Shown: piece after piece, positions 36,969 to 46,720 of the stretch | Layout: each line of letters begins with the position of its first letter | How positions within the stretch are numbered: position 1 is the stretch's first letter | DNA from: an uncultured Rhizobium sp. | GTDB taxonomy: Bacteria; Pseudomonadota; Alphaproteobacteria; Caulobacterales; Hyphomonadaceae | Assembly: GCA_964529555.1 (NCBI GenBank) | Contig: CAZGWV010000001.1 | Span: forward strand, 24,592-88,591 | Direction of reading: 5' to 3' | Length of the DNA stretch: 64,000 nt | Notes under the pieces: generated by a model | Told to the model about the DNA's origin: nothing | What the model saw: only the letters and a program-made list of their open reading frames with translations | Database searches by the model: none | Program-made: the position numbers and the translations under genes

Positions 36969-37484
36969 TCACCAGCAATCGGGCGGACAAGTGATGATGA
37001 TCGTCGGGATGATTTCGATATCGACCGAGGCTGTGGACGTCAGGCCGGTTGAATCCATCAATGTGTAGGTCATCGAATATATACCGGGACCTGCCGCGAA
37101 GTAGATCGACTGTCCTCCAGACTGAATTGTTGCATATGATCCATGCGCTCCGCCGACGGCGCTGATCGCTAACGTGTCAAAGGGTAGGTCGGCATCAGTG
37201 TCGTTGACGAACAAGTAGTAGGGGCCGGAGATGTCGATGCCGTAGTCGCTTTCTGCGAAGACATAATCGTAAATGGCTGATGGCCCCGACACCCCCTGTT
37301 TGACCCGCGTACGATTGTCGACGTTGTCGTACGTGTATCGCACGCGGCTTGACGTTCCCGAGTCGCGCTCGACGCGGATCAATCTGCCGAACTCGTCATA
37401 TTCGTAAGTGTAGGTGGTCTGTGCGCTTGCGGATTGCGCGCTCAGCGCCATTAACAACGCCACCACCAACGACGCCAATCGCAT
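36969..37484 (-). CDS. YD-repeat + cadherin-like protein, copy C
   Basis: Trimmed to the ATG at 37484, after GGGGGGA. MRLASLVVALLMALSAQSASA/Q, YTYEYDEFGRLIRV, YTYDNVDNRT, FVNDTDADLPFDTLAISAV, C-terminal TCPPDCW. Confidence 0.7.
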   Translation of the reverse strand: MRLASLVVALLMALSAQSASAQTTYTYEYDEFGRLIRVERDSGTSSRVRYTYDNVDNRTRVKQGVSGPSAIYDYVFAESDYGIDISGPYYLFVNDTDADLPFDTLAISAVGGAHGSYATIQSGGQSIYFAAGPGIYSMTYTLMDSTGLTSTASVDIEIIPTIIITCPPDCW

Positions 37485-37794
37485 GAGTGCAATCCCCCCT
37501 AGCCAAAGCCCGCATGCGCGCGGTCGCGTAGAACCCATTCGAAGTATGCCGTGCGCCAAGCCAGATGCAAGCGTCAAGCGGCTGTGTTGGGTAATGTGAT
37601 GGCAGTGCGCCCGACGATGCATGCGGGCCCAGATAGATTGTGCGTTGCGCAAGAAAAGTTTTGCGCTTGCCCAATCGTGGCGGCGTGGTCACGCTCTGCT
37701 TCGTGGTGAGAGAGCATGTGCTCGCGGTTGGGGCATCGCTTTCGCAAAATTCTTCATGGGACTGCGCGTCGTTGGCGCGCATCGGGGGACGAAT

Positions 37795-40700
37795 ATGGGG
37801 CTGCATGCACGAGGCGGGCATTGGCTTCGACGTTTCCGCAAAGTTGTATCTGCAGGAGGCGTGCTCGCAGCCAGCCTTGCCGCCGCTCCGCTTGGGTATG
37901 CGCAGGTGCAGACGGCAACGCCGCCCGTGTTCAGCGCGATCGATCATCTCGGTGTCGATGCGAGTACAGGTCAGTTCCATCTCTCGACCAGTGAAGTCGC
38001 CATCGGGCAGCCCGGTGCAGGCGGGATTGCATTTGGACGTGGCTGGGTCGCGTCAGGTTGGCGTGACTCCCTCGCCGGGACGATCTCCGTTTCGGGGGCG
38101 ATCTATACTGTGAGTTTGGGCGCAAGCGCTGAGACTTTCACGCTCTCCAGCGGAACATACACATCGAATCAGGCAATGGGTTCGACCCTGGCCTACGCAT
38201 CGAGCAAATACAGCTACACGCTGCGAGACGGCACGGTTGCAGAGTTCGACACGGCTACGGCAAGCTGTTCGGGCGTCACCAGCTTCTGGGCCTGCAATGC
38301 GGGCCTGATCACAAAGATGACGCGACCAGATGGCGAGGTCATCACCTGGACGTACTCGGCGGCGAGCGTCGGTGGCCAAAGCGCCATCCGGCCGCAATCG
38401 ATCTCGAACAATCTCAACTATCACATCCACTTCACCTACGCGATCAATGGGCCGAACAATGGCAGCGAGGTTGTCGGCGGCTATCTTGAGCGCATCAAGG
38501 TCACGGGGATCGATCGCTCGATCTACAATTGCTCGAACTCCACATTTATCTGCTCTGACAGCACGGGGGCCAACTGGCCGTATGTCGTTTATGGTGCTGA
38601 GAGCGGAGGAGTTCAGACGGTAACTGACAGGCTCTCGCAGACGACACGGTTTAAAGTCACCAGTGGAAACTTGACGGAAGTCAGATTGCCGACATCGAGT
38701 TCGGTCGCACGCACGTCGATTGCCTACAGCTCAGGGAAAGTCATCCTCGTTTCTACGAACATCGGCGGATGGTTTAGTACTGCCTACACCTACAGCGATG
38801 CTTCCGGCGTTCGTACAACGACAGCGGCACCATATTTCGAGGGTAACGCATCGATTACAAAAACCAATATCGCAAATGGCTGGGTGACCGAACTCTGGGC
38901 TGACGGCGCCGGCACGCGCAGGACGGTCTTGACACGGGACGGCTACGGTCGAGTAACGCGCACAACCCGCGCAGATGGCGACTACACAAATCTGACCTAT
39001 GACGCGCGTGGGAATGTCACACAGATCGTCGAAACGCCCAAGACGGGAAGCGGGCTCTCGAGCATCACGACGACCGCATCTTATCCGGGCAGCTGCTCCA
39101 ACGCCAAGACCTGCAACAAGCCGAACTCGACGACGGATGCGCGAGGCTATCGGACAGATTATACGTATTCTTCGACTCATGGCGGAGTGCTGACGGTCAC
39201 GCTTCCAGCGCCGTCGGGTTCAGCCCCGGTTGGCAGCGGAACGCGGCCGGAGATGCGTTACACCTATGCCGATGCCAGCACCGGCATCTACCGCGTGGAC
39301 ACGACAAAGTCCTGCGCTTCCGGTTCCTCTTGCGCCAACGCTGCAAATGAGACGGTGCAGGCGTTCACCTACGATTCCAAGCGGCGTGTTGTAACGACAA
39401 CCGTTCGCGCAGGGAATTCGTCGGTGATATCGACATCGAGCATCACCTATACTTCGCTGGGCGACATCGCGACTGTCGATGGCCCGCTCAGCGGAACTGC
39501 GGACACCGCGTATCTATACTATGACGATATCCGCAGGCTGCGCGCGAGCGTGACGCCCGACCCGGATGGCGGGGGATCGCTCCAGCATCGTGTGTCACGG
39601 ACGACGTATAACGCTGATGGTTTTCCGACCGTTGTCGAGGTGGGTCATGTATCCTCGCCTTCCAGTTGGGCGTCGATGACCGTTCTCCAGCGTATCGACA
39701 ACACGTATGAGCTCGGCCTTCCAATACCTTTCTCCAAGACCGCCCTGTCATCGGGCGGCACGACCTATGCGGTTCAGCAGTTCAGCATACACGAAAATCT
39801 CTTCGCGCGTTGCACGGCCACGCGCATGAATCCCAGCGAGTTCGCCTCGCTTCCGACCGGCATGTACGCCGCCTGTCAGGCAGACACCGCTGGCTCCTAC
39901 GGATACGATCGCATTACACTCACTGGCTATAACGGATATCGCGAGGGGACGAGCGTTGCCGACGGCGTGATTGGCAGCTTTGGGACGCCGAGGCGGCTGG
40001 TTCAGACTGTCTCCTACGATGCTTCGTCGGGAGAATCCGAATACTTGACCGATGCAGACGGCAACAAAACCAAATACGAGTATGATGGGTTCTCGCGGCT
40101 GGTGAAGACGATCTTCCCCAGCCCGACAACGGCTGGCAACCAGAACGCAGGGGACTATGAGCAGCTCACGTATGACGCCTATGGGCGCCTGACAGCCCGC
40201 CGCGGGCGAGATGGGCAGAGCTTCTCGTTCAGCTACGATAATCTTGGCCGCGTGACCGTGATCGACGCGCCGGGTTCGCAGCCGGACATCACCTACACAT
40301 ACGACAATTTCGGCCGCGTGCTGACGGCGGCCCAGTCCGGGCACACGCTCACCTACGCCTATGACGCCCTCAGCCGCCTGACCAGCGAGACGCAGGGTAG
40401 CCGCACGGTCAGCTACCAGTATGACGCGGCAGGGCGGCGCACGCGGCTGACCTGGCCGGACAGCTTCCATGTGACCTACGAGTACAATGCCGTGGGCGAG
40501 GTGACAGCCATCAAGGAGAATGGAAGCTCAGCGCTTGCGACATTCACCTACGACAATCTTGGCCGTCGCACGTCGCTGGCGCGCGGCAATGGCAGCACGA
40601 CAGGGTATGCGTTCGACGGCGGCTCGCGGCTGATCGATCTTGGGCTCGACCTGGGCGGTTCCTCGCACGATGTGTGGACGGATCTCAGCTACAACCCGGC

Positions 40701-42084
40701 CGGCCAGATCGTCTCGAAGACGATCAACAACACGGGCTACAACTTCACGCTGCCGGCCGCTTATGCCGACGCCTATGCTGATAACGGGCTCAACCAGTAC
40801 ACCTCCGCCGGGGGCGTGGCGCCGAGCTATGACAGTCGCGGCAACACGACGGGCGATGGGACGAAGGCCTACGCGTACGACTACAGCAATCGCCTGACGA
40901 GCGTGAACGCGACGTCGGTGCTCCTGAGCTACGACCCGTCTGGACGGCTGAGGGCGCTTGGCGGATCGGCGGTGGCCGACACGCTGTTCGTCTATGACGG
41001 TGTGGACGTGATCGCGGAATACAATCCGGGCGGCAGCCTCGTCCGCCGCTATGTGCACGGGCCGGGGATGGATGAGCCGCTGGTGTGGTTCGAGGGGGCA
41101 GGGCATTCGGGCTCGGGCACGCCCGACCGGCGTTATCTGTTCGCGGACGAGCGCGGCTCGATCATCGCGGTCGAGGGCGGATCGACGACGAAGAACAGCT
41201 ATGACGAGTATGGCGTTCCGGGGTCAGGTAATGCGGGACGATTCCAGTACACCGGCCAGATGTGGATGCCGGAAGCGGGCCTCTACCACTACAAGGCCCG
41301 CGCGTATAACCCCGAACTCGGCCGGTTCATGCAGCCCGATCCCATCGGCTATGGCGATGGGGTGAATATGTACAACTATGTCGCCGGTGATCCCGTGAAT
41401 TCGCGAGACCCAACGGGCCTCGTGGTCGTCGGGAATAGCGTGATTATTACTGGCGGCGTGGAGGATGGCGGCATTGCGTGCGGAAGAGATAATTCATTTA
41501 ACGAGTGCGAAGCATACCGGCAGTTTCTGCAACAAGGGGTAGAGCCGAGCATCATCTTTCCGAGTGAAATTGGGATGGATCAGGGCATTCTTACCAACCA
41601 GCCCACACCAGCTCCGCGGGGATGGACATGTACTAGTGGCGTGAACAAAAGCGGGTTTCCTAGCCCTACACTAAAGAGCTTGGGTTTCGACAAAGATGGA
41701 ATGAATCCCGGTCAATTCGCTCTGTGGAACCCCCTCGCCGCCTTTGCTGCGTACACAATCGCGCAAGACGCGGACTGGGAGACGCGTGTGTTTCAAGGCT
41801 TCTCGGGCATCCCAGCGCACAACAATGCTGCAGACGCCTTTCATCACGCCTACTGGAGTTATCGCATGCAGCAATTTTTTTGGTTTGATGGCGCCAAAGA
41901 CGTTGGCGATATTTGGGAGCGTTCCGAGCAGGGTATGCAAAACAGTCCTGGTGAACGACTAATGGATCTCTACAATAATATGGTAGGGCGGCAGCAGGCG
42001 AGTTTTGGGCCGACGTTTCCAAATGCATCGTCCGCTGTGCGAGATTTGATTAATAGAGATTGTCTGCGTACGTCGCCCTTCTAG
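37795..42084 (+). CDS. Rhs-family polymorphic toxin C, full length with Sec signal peptide
   Basis: Trimmed to the ATG at 37795, after GGGGGA. ...VVSAGGVLAASLAAAPLGYA/QVQ. ~1429 aa with YD repeats. Core end AGDPVNSRDPTG, then a 221-aa unique tip (41419-42084). Confidence 0.9.
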   Translation: MGLHARGGHWLRRFRKVVSAGGVLAASLAAAPLGYAQVQTATPPVFSAIDHLGVDASTGQFHLSTSEVAIGQPGAGGIAFGRGWVASGWRDSLAGTISVSGAIYTVSLGASAETFTLSSGTYTSNQAMGSTLAYASSKYSYTLRDGTVAEFDTATASCSGVTSFWACNAGLITKMTRPDGEVITWTYSAASVGGQSAIRPQSISNNLNYHIHFTYAINGPNNGSEVVGGYLERIKVTGIDRSIYNCSNSTFICSDSTGANWPYVVYGAESGGVQTVTDRLSQTTRFKVTSGNLTEVRLPTSSSVARTSIAYSSGKVILVSTNIGGWFSTAYTYSDASGVRTTTAAPYFEGNASITKTNIANGWVTELWADGAGTRRTVLTRDGYGRVTRTTRADGDYTNLTYDARGNVTQIVETPKTGSGLSSITTTASYPGSCSNAKTCNKPNSTTDARGYRTDYTYSSTHGGVLTVTLPAPSGSAPVGSGTRPEMRYTYADASTGIYRVDTTKSCASGSSCANAANETVQAFTYDSKRRVVTTTVRAGNSSVISTSSITYTSLGDIATVDGPLSGTADTAYLYYDDIRRLRASVTPDPDGGGSLQHRVSRTTYNADGFPTVVEVGHVSSPSSWASMTVLQRIDNTYELGLPIPFSKTALSSGGTTYAVQQFSIHENLFARCTATRMNPSEFASLPTGMYAACQADTAGSYGYDRITLTGYNGYREGTSVADGVIGSFGTPRRLVQTVSYDASSGESEYLTDADGNKTKYEYDGFSRLVKTIFPSPTTAGNQNAGDYEQLTYDAYGRLTARRGRDGQSFSFSYDNLGRVTVIDAPGSQPDITYTYDNFGRVLTAAQSGHTLTYAYDALSRLTSETQGSRTVSYQYDAAGRRTRLTWPDSFHVTYEYNAVGEVTAIKENGSSALATFTYDNLGRRTSLARGNGSTTGYAFDGGSRLIDLGLDLGGSSHDVWTDLSYNPAGQIVSKTINNTGYNFTLPAAYADAYADNGLNQYTSAGGVAPSYDSRGNTTGDGTKAYAYDYSNRLTSVNATSVLLSYDPSGRLRALGGSAVADTLFVYDGVDVIAEYNPGGSLVRRYVHGPGMDEPLVWFEGAGHSGSGTPDRRYLFADERGSIIAVEGGSTTKNSYDEYGVPGSGNAGRFQYTGQMWMPEAGLYHYKARAYNPELGRFMQPDPIGYGDGVNMYNYVAGDPVNSRDPTGLVVVGNSVIITGGVEDGGIACGRDNSFNECEAYRQFLQQGVEPSIIFPSEIGMDQGILTNQPTPAPRGWTCTSGVNKSGFPSPTLKSLGFDKDGMNPGQFALWNPLAAFAAYTIAQDADWETRVFQGFSGIPAHNNAADAFHHAYWSYRMQQFFWFDGAKDVGDIWERSEQGMQNSPGERLMDLYNNMVGRQQASFGPTFPNASSAVRDLINRDCLRTSPF

Positions 42085-42094
42085 AGGTGATCCA

Positions 42095-42475
42095 ATGAAA
42101 TTGAACAAATTTTGGATAGGGTCAGCGGCGGGGTTTGCTCTCGGTTTGTTATGTTGTTGGGTGACAGTATTTGTAACGGGAATGAATTCCACCGTTGTAA
42201 TATATAATTCGACGTCTGCGCAACTTGAAGAAGTGCGAGTGGGGCTAGATGATGAGGTCGTTTGGAATGGCCTTATCGAAGTTGGTGAGCATATCGACGT
42301 CCATCTCGGGTCGTCTCGTTCGGGCACTCTGTGGATAGAGAATATTGTGAAGTCTGATGTCGATCGTCGCGAATTAGCTTATGTAGCACCAATGATCGGC
42401 TACGATTTTTATGTATCGTTGAATTCAGAGCATGGGGTCACGTTGCAGACATGTCCTAAAGGCTCTCGCGGCTGA
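42095..42475 (+). CDS. Putative immunity protein for Rhs C (membrane-anchored)
   Basis: 126 aa, preceded by GAGGTGA. AT-rich. N-terminal TM (IGSAAGFALGLLCCWVTVFV). Starts 10 nt after the Rhs C stop. Positional inference. Confidence 0.5.
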   Translation: MKLNKFWIGSAAGFALGLLCCWVTVFVTGMNSTVVIYNSTSAQLEEVRVGLDDEVVWNGLIEVGEHIDVHLGSSRSGTLWIENIVKSDVDRRELAYVAPMIGYDFYVSLNSEHGVTLQTCPKGSRG

Positions 42476-42494
42476 TAAGAGACACTGCTCGATA

Positions 42495-42671
42495 ATGAAA
42501 GAGAATTTTATTATATCACAGGGCTTTTTGCTGGCGATTGTTATCGGAGCGCTGAGTGGATTCCTGTTGGTGGTGTTGTCAGCCGTTCCGCAAATTCCTT
42601 CATTTCCAGTCTTTGTCATCATCGTAGCCGCTTTTGTGCTAAGGAAGATATTTTGGAAGGGTGTCACTTGA
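42495..42671 (+). CDS. Small hydrophobic protein (two TM segments), function unknown
   Basis: 58 aa from the internal ATG at 42495 (MKENFIISQGFLLAIVIGALSGFLLVVLSAVPQIPSFPVFVIIVAAFVL...). AT-rich like the neighbouring immunity gene. Weak support. Confidence 0.3.
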   Translation: MKENFIISQGFLLAIVIGALSGFLLVVLSAVPQIPSFPVFVIIVAAFVLRKIFWKGVT

Positions 42672-43109
42672 CTGTATTGGCGCAAACTGAGTGTGTCGGT
42701 CAGATTGTGCCTAATTTGCAGTAGGGCGCGAAACATGAAGTCGGACTCTGTATCGCCTCTCGATTAGTGCGGGCCGGCTGCCTAGTTCAACAAGGATCCG
42801 AAGTGAGCGGACTGGATTCGAAGCGGCGTAAGCGGCACTAACGATCATCCGATAGCCGATTTCCTGGCAGGGCAAGTACAGGTGGATCGTTAGGAGCAGG
42901 CTCGCGCTGCCTGCCATGTGCTGCTCCGCTAGCCAGTCTCTCTCAGCGGGGGCCGGTCACCGCTCGGATACCAACAATGTCTGCTTCACGTGCTCAACGC
43001 AGGCCCGCCGGCGGGCGGGGCTCAGTAGTTTCCCGAGGCTGCTTCCTTCGGGGGGGGCTAGCGGTCTGTCACATGCCGCTTCAACAGGCCTGTCCTTATT
43101 GGTCTCTCA

Positions 43110-43415
43110 TCAATCGTCTTTGAGCCGATTGGCCTTGGCCGTCGCCGTCTCCTTGCGCCAGACTTCCTCGCCGCGACCGCTGCTCCCGAAGTCTGACGCC
43201 CATGTGTTTCCAAGGCGCGCAATCTCGCCGGTTTGGCTGTTGTAGATGATCGGTTCGCAGGCCTGAGGTTGCGTGCAGGCGCGCCCCTCCTTCCACGGAG
43301 CGGCGAGGGCTCCAGTGGATATCATAACAACTTCGCCTGAGTATTCTTTGCCGGTCTGGGCGGTCGCGCCCACAACTGTCGTTAAAGCTATGAGCAGGGT
43401 CAGGATAATGCGCAT
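43110..43415 (-). CDS. Small secreted two-Cys protein, copy D
   Basis: 101 aa. MRIILTLLIALTTVVGATA/Q. Family motif ...GEVVMISTGALAAPWKEGRACTQPQACEPIIYNSQTGEIARLGNTWASDFGSSGRGEEV. Confidence 0.7.
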   Translation of the reverse strand: MRIILTLLIALTTVVGATAQTGKEYSGEVVMISTGALAAPWKEGRACTQPQACEPIIYNSQTGEIARLGNTWASDFGSSGRGEEVWRKETATAKANRLKDD

Positions 43416-43416
43416 G

Positions 43417-43911
43417 TCAGAGCGGCGGCCCCCTCTCGCAGATCGGATTGCAGTAGACGACCTGCGCGGATATCTGCGCGCTCGATGTCGCTCCGCTGGC
43501 GTCTTTCATCGTATATGAGAAATTGTGCGTACCGAGGGGCGCCGCTGTTAGGCCAACGCCATTCGCGAGCACGCTCGCATAAACACTGCCCGTGGTCGAA
43601 ACCACCGACAACGTATCATCGGGCAGGTCGGCGTCCGTATCATTGGCAAGAACGAAAAGCGTTCCTGTCCATGTGCTTCCCGTCGTCATGAGGAAATAGG
43701 TGTCTGCCACCGCCGCCGGCGCAGCGTTGCCGCTCTTCACTTTGGTTCGGTTGTCCAGTGCGTCGTAAGTATACGTAACGACCTTGGTCGCGTCGCTCGT
43801 TTCACGAACCTGAATGACACGCCCAAGCGCGTCATATGTGTAAGTTGTCTGGGCGTTTGCCTGAGCCGCCATGACGAGCGTTGCGACGAGCAAGAGCAAC
43901 GGAAGCTTCAT
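43417..43911 (-). CDS. YD-repeat + cadherin-like protein, copy D
   Basis: 164 aa. [63 protein letters not shown]-terminal YCNPIC. Confidence 0.7.
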   Translation of the reverse strand: MKLPLLLLVATLVMAAQANAQTTYTYDALGRVIQVRETSDATKVVTYTYDALDNRTKVKSGNAAPAAVADTYFLMTTGSTWTGTLFVLANDTDADLPDDTLSVVSTTGSVYASVLANGVGLTAAPLGTHNFSYTMKDASGATSSAQISAQVVYCNPICERGPPL

Positions 43912-44201
43912 CAGTCGTCATCCCCCAATACGTGACGCGCACACGAAGCTATGCGTGAACAGGCGACAAGAGCAAGCGGGAATTCGAAAGAGTTCGGCAT
44001 CTCGTGATGCGCGATGGACTTTCGCTGGCAGGTTTTCTCGGGGCGCTAGATACCACGGAAGTTTTTTGGCTATCGGAATGCTCAGGCGTTTTTCATCGCG
44101 GATTTGTGCTTCTCGGCAAGCGCCGCCTCATTCGCCTTTTTGTTTGCCGAACGTGTCTGATGCTACTTCACTCTTCATCTGTCTACTTTGGGGGGAGACG
44201 C

Positions 44202-46720
44202 ATGCTCGAACATCTCATGTTGGCTTTGCGCACGCTGCAGGGCGTCAAGAGCGCCATTCGGCGAGGCGTGCTCGTGAGTTGTGCGCTCGCCGTCGTTGCG
44301 GCGCCGGCAGCGGCGCAAGTCCAGACTGTTGTTCCGCCGCTGTGGAGCTCGATCGATCATCTTGGTGTCGATGTAAGCACCGGAAAATACAATGCCGCTG
44401 TCACGGGAGTCGTTATTGGGCAGCCCGGCGCTGGCGGTCTTGCCCATGGGCGCGTCTGGATCGACACAGGCTGGCGCGATTCTCTCGCCGGCACGATCAA
44501 TTCCAGCGGTTCGATCTACACGGTCAGCCTGGGAGGAGCGTCTGAATCGTTCACACTCTCGAGCGGCGTCTACACGTCGAACCAGAGGATCGGTTCGACG
44601 CTGTCCTTCGCCTCAAGCAAATACACCTACACACTGGCTGAGGGTACGGTGGTCGAGTTCGATACCGCCGTGGCAAGCTGCTCGGGTGTTACCAGCTTCT
44701 GGGGATGTAATGCCGGCCTGATCACCAAGCTGACCCGACCCGATGGCGAGATCGTCACCTGGACATATTCTACCGCCAGCGTCGGCGGACAGACGGCGAT
44801 CCGTCCGCAATCTGTCTCGAACAATCTGAATTTCCACATCCACTTCACCTACGCGATCAACGGACCGAACAACGGCAGCGAAGTCGTGGGCGGCTATCTG
44901 CAACGGACCAAGGTCACTGGCATCAATCGCGCCGTCTACAATTGCACGAACGGGTCATTCACCTGTTCGGACAGCACGGGGGCGGACTGGCCCTATGTCA
45001 CGTACGGAACGGAGAGCGGAGGCTCGATCGAGACCGTGACGGATCGGCTGTCGCGGGTCATGCGCTACGTCTTTGCCAGCGGCAAAATGACAGGCATTCG
45101 GTTGCCGTCGTCATCCTCCACAAACCGAATCACGGTCACCTACGTGAGCGGCAAGGTGGCTGGTGTCACCAGCAGCATAGGAGGCAATGACGGGGCTACC
45201 TACTCGTATGTGGACAGCGGCGGAGAGCGCGTCACGACCATCGACCCAACGGTCCACGGCGGCAACAAGGTCGTCGTCACGAATCTAGCAAACGGATGGA
45301 CCACGGAATTTACGGACGGCATTCTCGGCGTGAACACGACGGTGTTGACGCGCGACGCCTACGGGCGCGTCACGCGCACAACACTGGGGCTCGGCCAGTA
45401 TGCCGACTACACATACGATGCGCGCGGGAACATCACGCAGACCATATTCACCCCCAAGACCGGCTCTGGGCTTTCGAACATCACGACATCAGCGTCGTTC
45501 CCGGCGAACTGCGCCAATCCCAAGACCTGCAACAAGCCTGAATCGACCACGGACGCGCGGGGTTACCGTACGGACTACACGTACTCATCGACCCATGGTG
45601 GGTTGCTGACTGTAACTTCGCCTGCGCCCTCGGGTTCGGCGCCGATTGGCAGCGGAACGCGACCTCAAACGCGCTTCACTTACGCTGACGCCAGCACGGG
45701 CATCTACAGGCTGAGCGGAACATCGTCGTGCGCCAGCGGGTCTTCGTGCGCCAACGCCGCGAACGAGACGGTGCAGTCGATCACCTATGACAGCCAGCGG
45801 CGCGTAGCCTCTACCACGATCAGGGCAGGCGATTCATCGATTACCGCAACCTCGTCCGTCACCTATACATCGCTGGGCGACATTGCGACGATTGACGGGC
45901 CCCTGAGCGGAACTGGCGATACGACGCGGTTCTATTATGACGGCATACGCCGGCCGCGTGCGGTGGTTGGTCCCGACCCGGATGGTGGTGGGAGTCTTCT
46001 CCATCGTGTCGCCAAATCGGACTACAATAGCGATGGCTTGATCACGGCGGCGCAGCTGGGCGCCGTGTCTTCGCCGGGAAGCTGGGCCTCGCTCACCGTG
46101 ATGCAGCAGCAGGATCTCGTCTACAACGCCGCCGGCCTCGTAGCGACGGCGAAGCTGGCTTCCCTCAGCGCCGATCCTCCACATGCGGTTGCGCAGTTCG
46201 ACTATCTGGCAGGCTCCAACGTAACCTGCTCGGCTGTACGAATGAATCCCGCGACGTTCGCCTCGCTGCCGGGGTCGGCTTGCGATGCGGCGACGGCAGG
46301 CTCGTTCGGGCCGGACAGGCGCGCACAGCCAACGCTCAATGATCTGGGCGAGCTGACGGAGATGCAAGAAGCCTATGGAACGCCGCAGCAGCGCAGCGTG
46401 GCGAAGATGGAATATCTTTCGTCCGGCGAGCTGCAGAAGATAACGGACGCGGAGGATTTCCGCACAACTTATCACTACGACGGATTCAGTCGTCTCGTGA
46501 AGACAAACTATCCGCATCCTTCGTGGGGCAACATCAGTTCCTCGACGGACTATGAAGAGCTGACCTACGATGCGTATGGCCGGCTGACGGCGCGGCGGGG
46601 CAGGGATGGGCAGAGCTTCGCCTATTCCTACGACAATCTCGGCCGGGTGACGACGGTAGATGCGCCTGGCTCGCAGCCGGATGTGAGCTACACCTACGAC
46701 AATTTCGGCCGGGTGACGCA
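44202..46720 (+). pseudogene. Rhs D, 3'-truncated (no core end, no toxin tip)
   Basis: ATG at 44202 after GGGGGGAG. Signal peptide ...ALAVVAAPAAA/QVQ. Closely parallels Rhs C up to ...DAPGSQPDVSYTYDNFGRV (about 46715). Thereafter the open frame is merely the antisense of imuB. Confidence 0.8.

Noticed and set aside
43003-43016. Perfect palindrome GCCCGCCGGCGGGC downstream of the copy D small secreted gene, considered as a terminator
   Set aside because: There is no loop and no flanking T/U tract on either strand, and it lies ~90 nt from the stop codon. The evidence is insufficient.
9814-46720. Search for T6SS (vgrG, hcp, PAAR, tss), two-partner secretion (TpsB) or Tc (TcA/TcB) genes that would explain Rhs export conventionally
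   Set aside because: None of the ORFs in or around the Rhs loci show the corresponding motifs or sizes. Absence within 64 kb does not prove absence from the genome.
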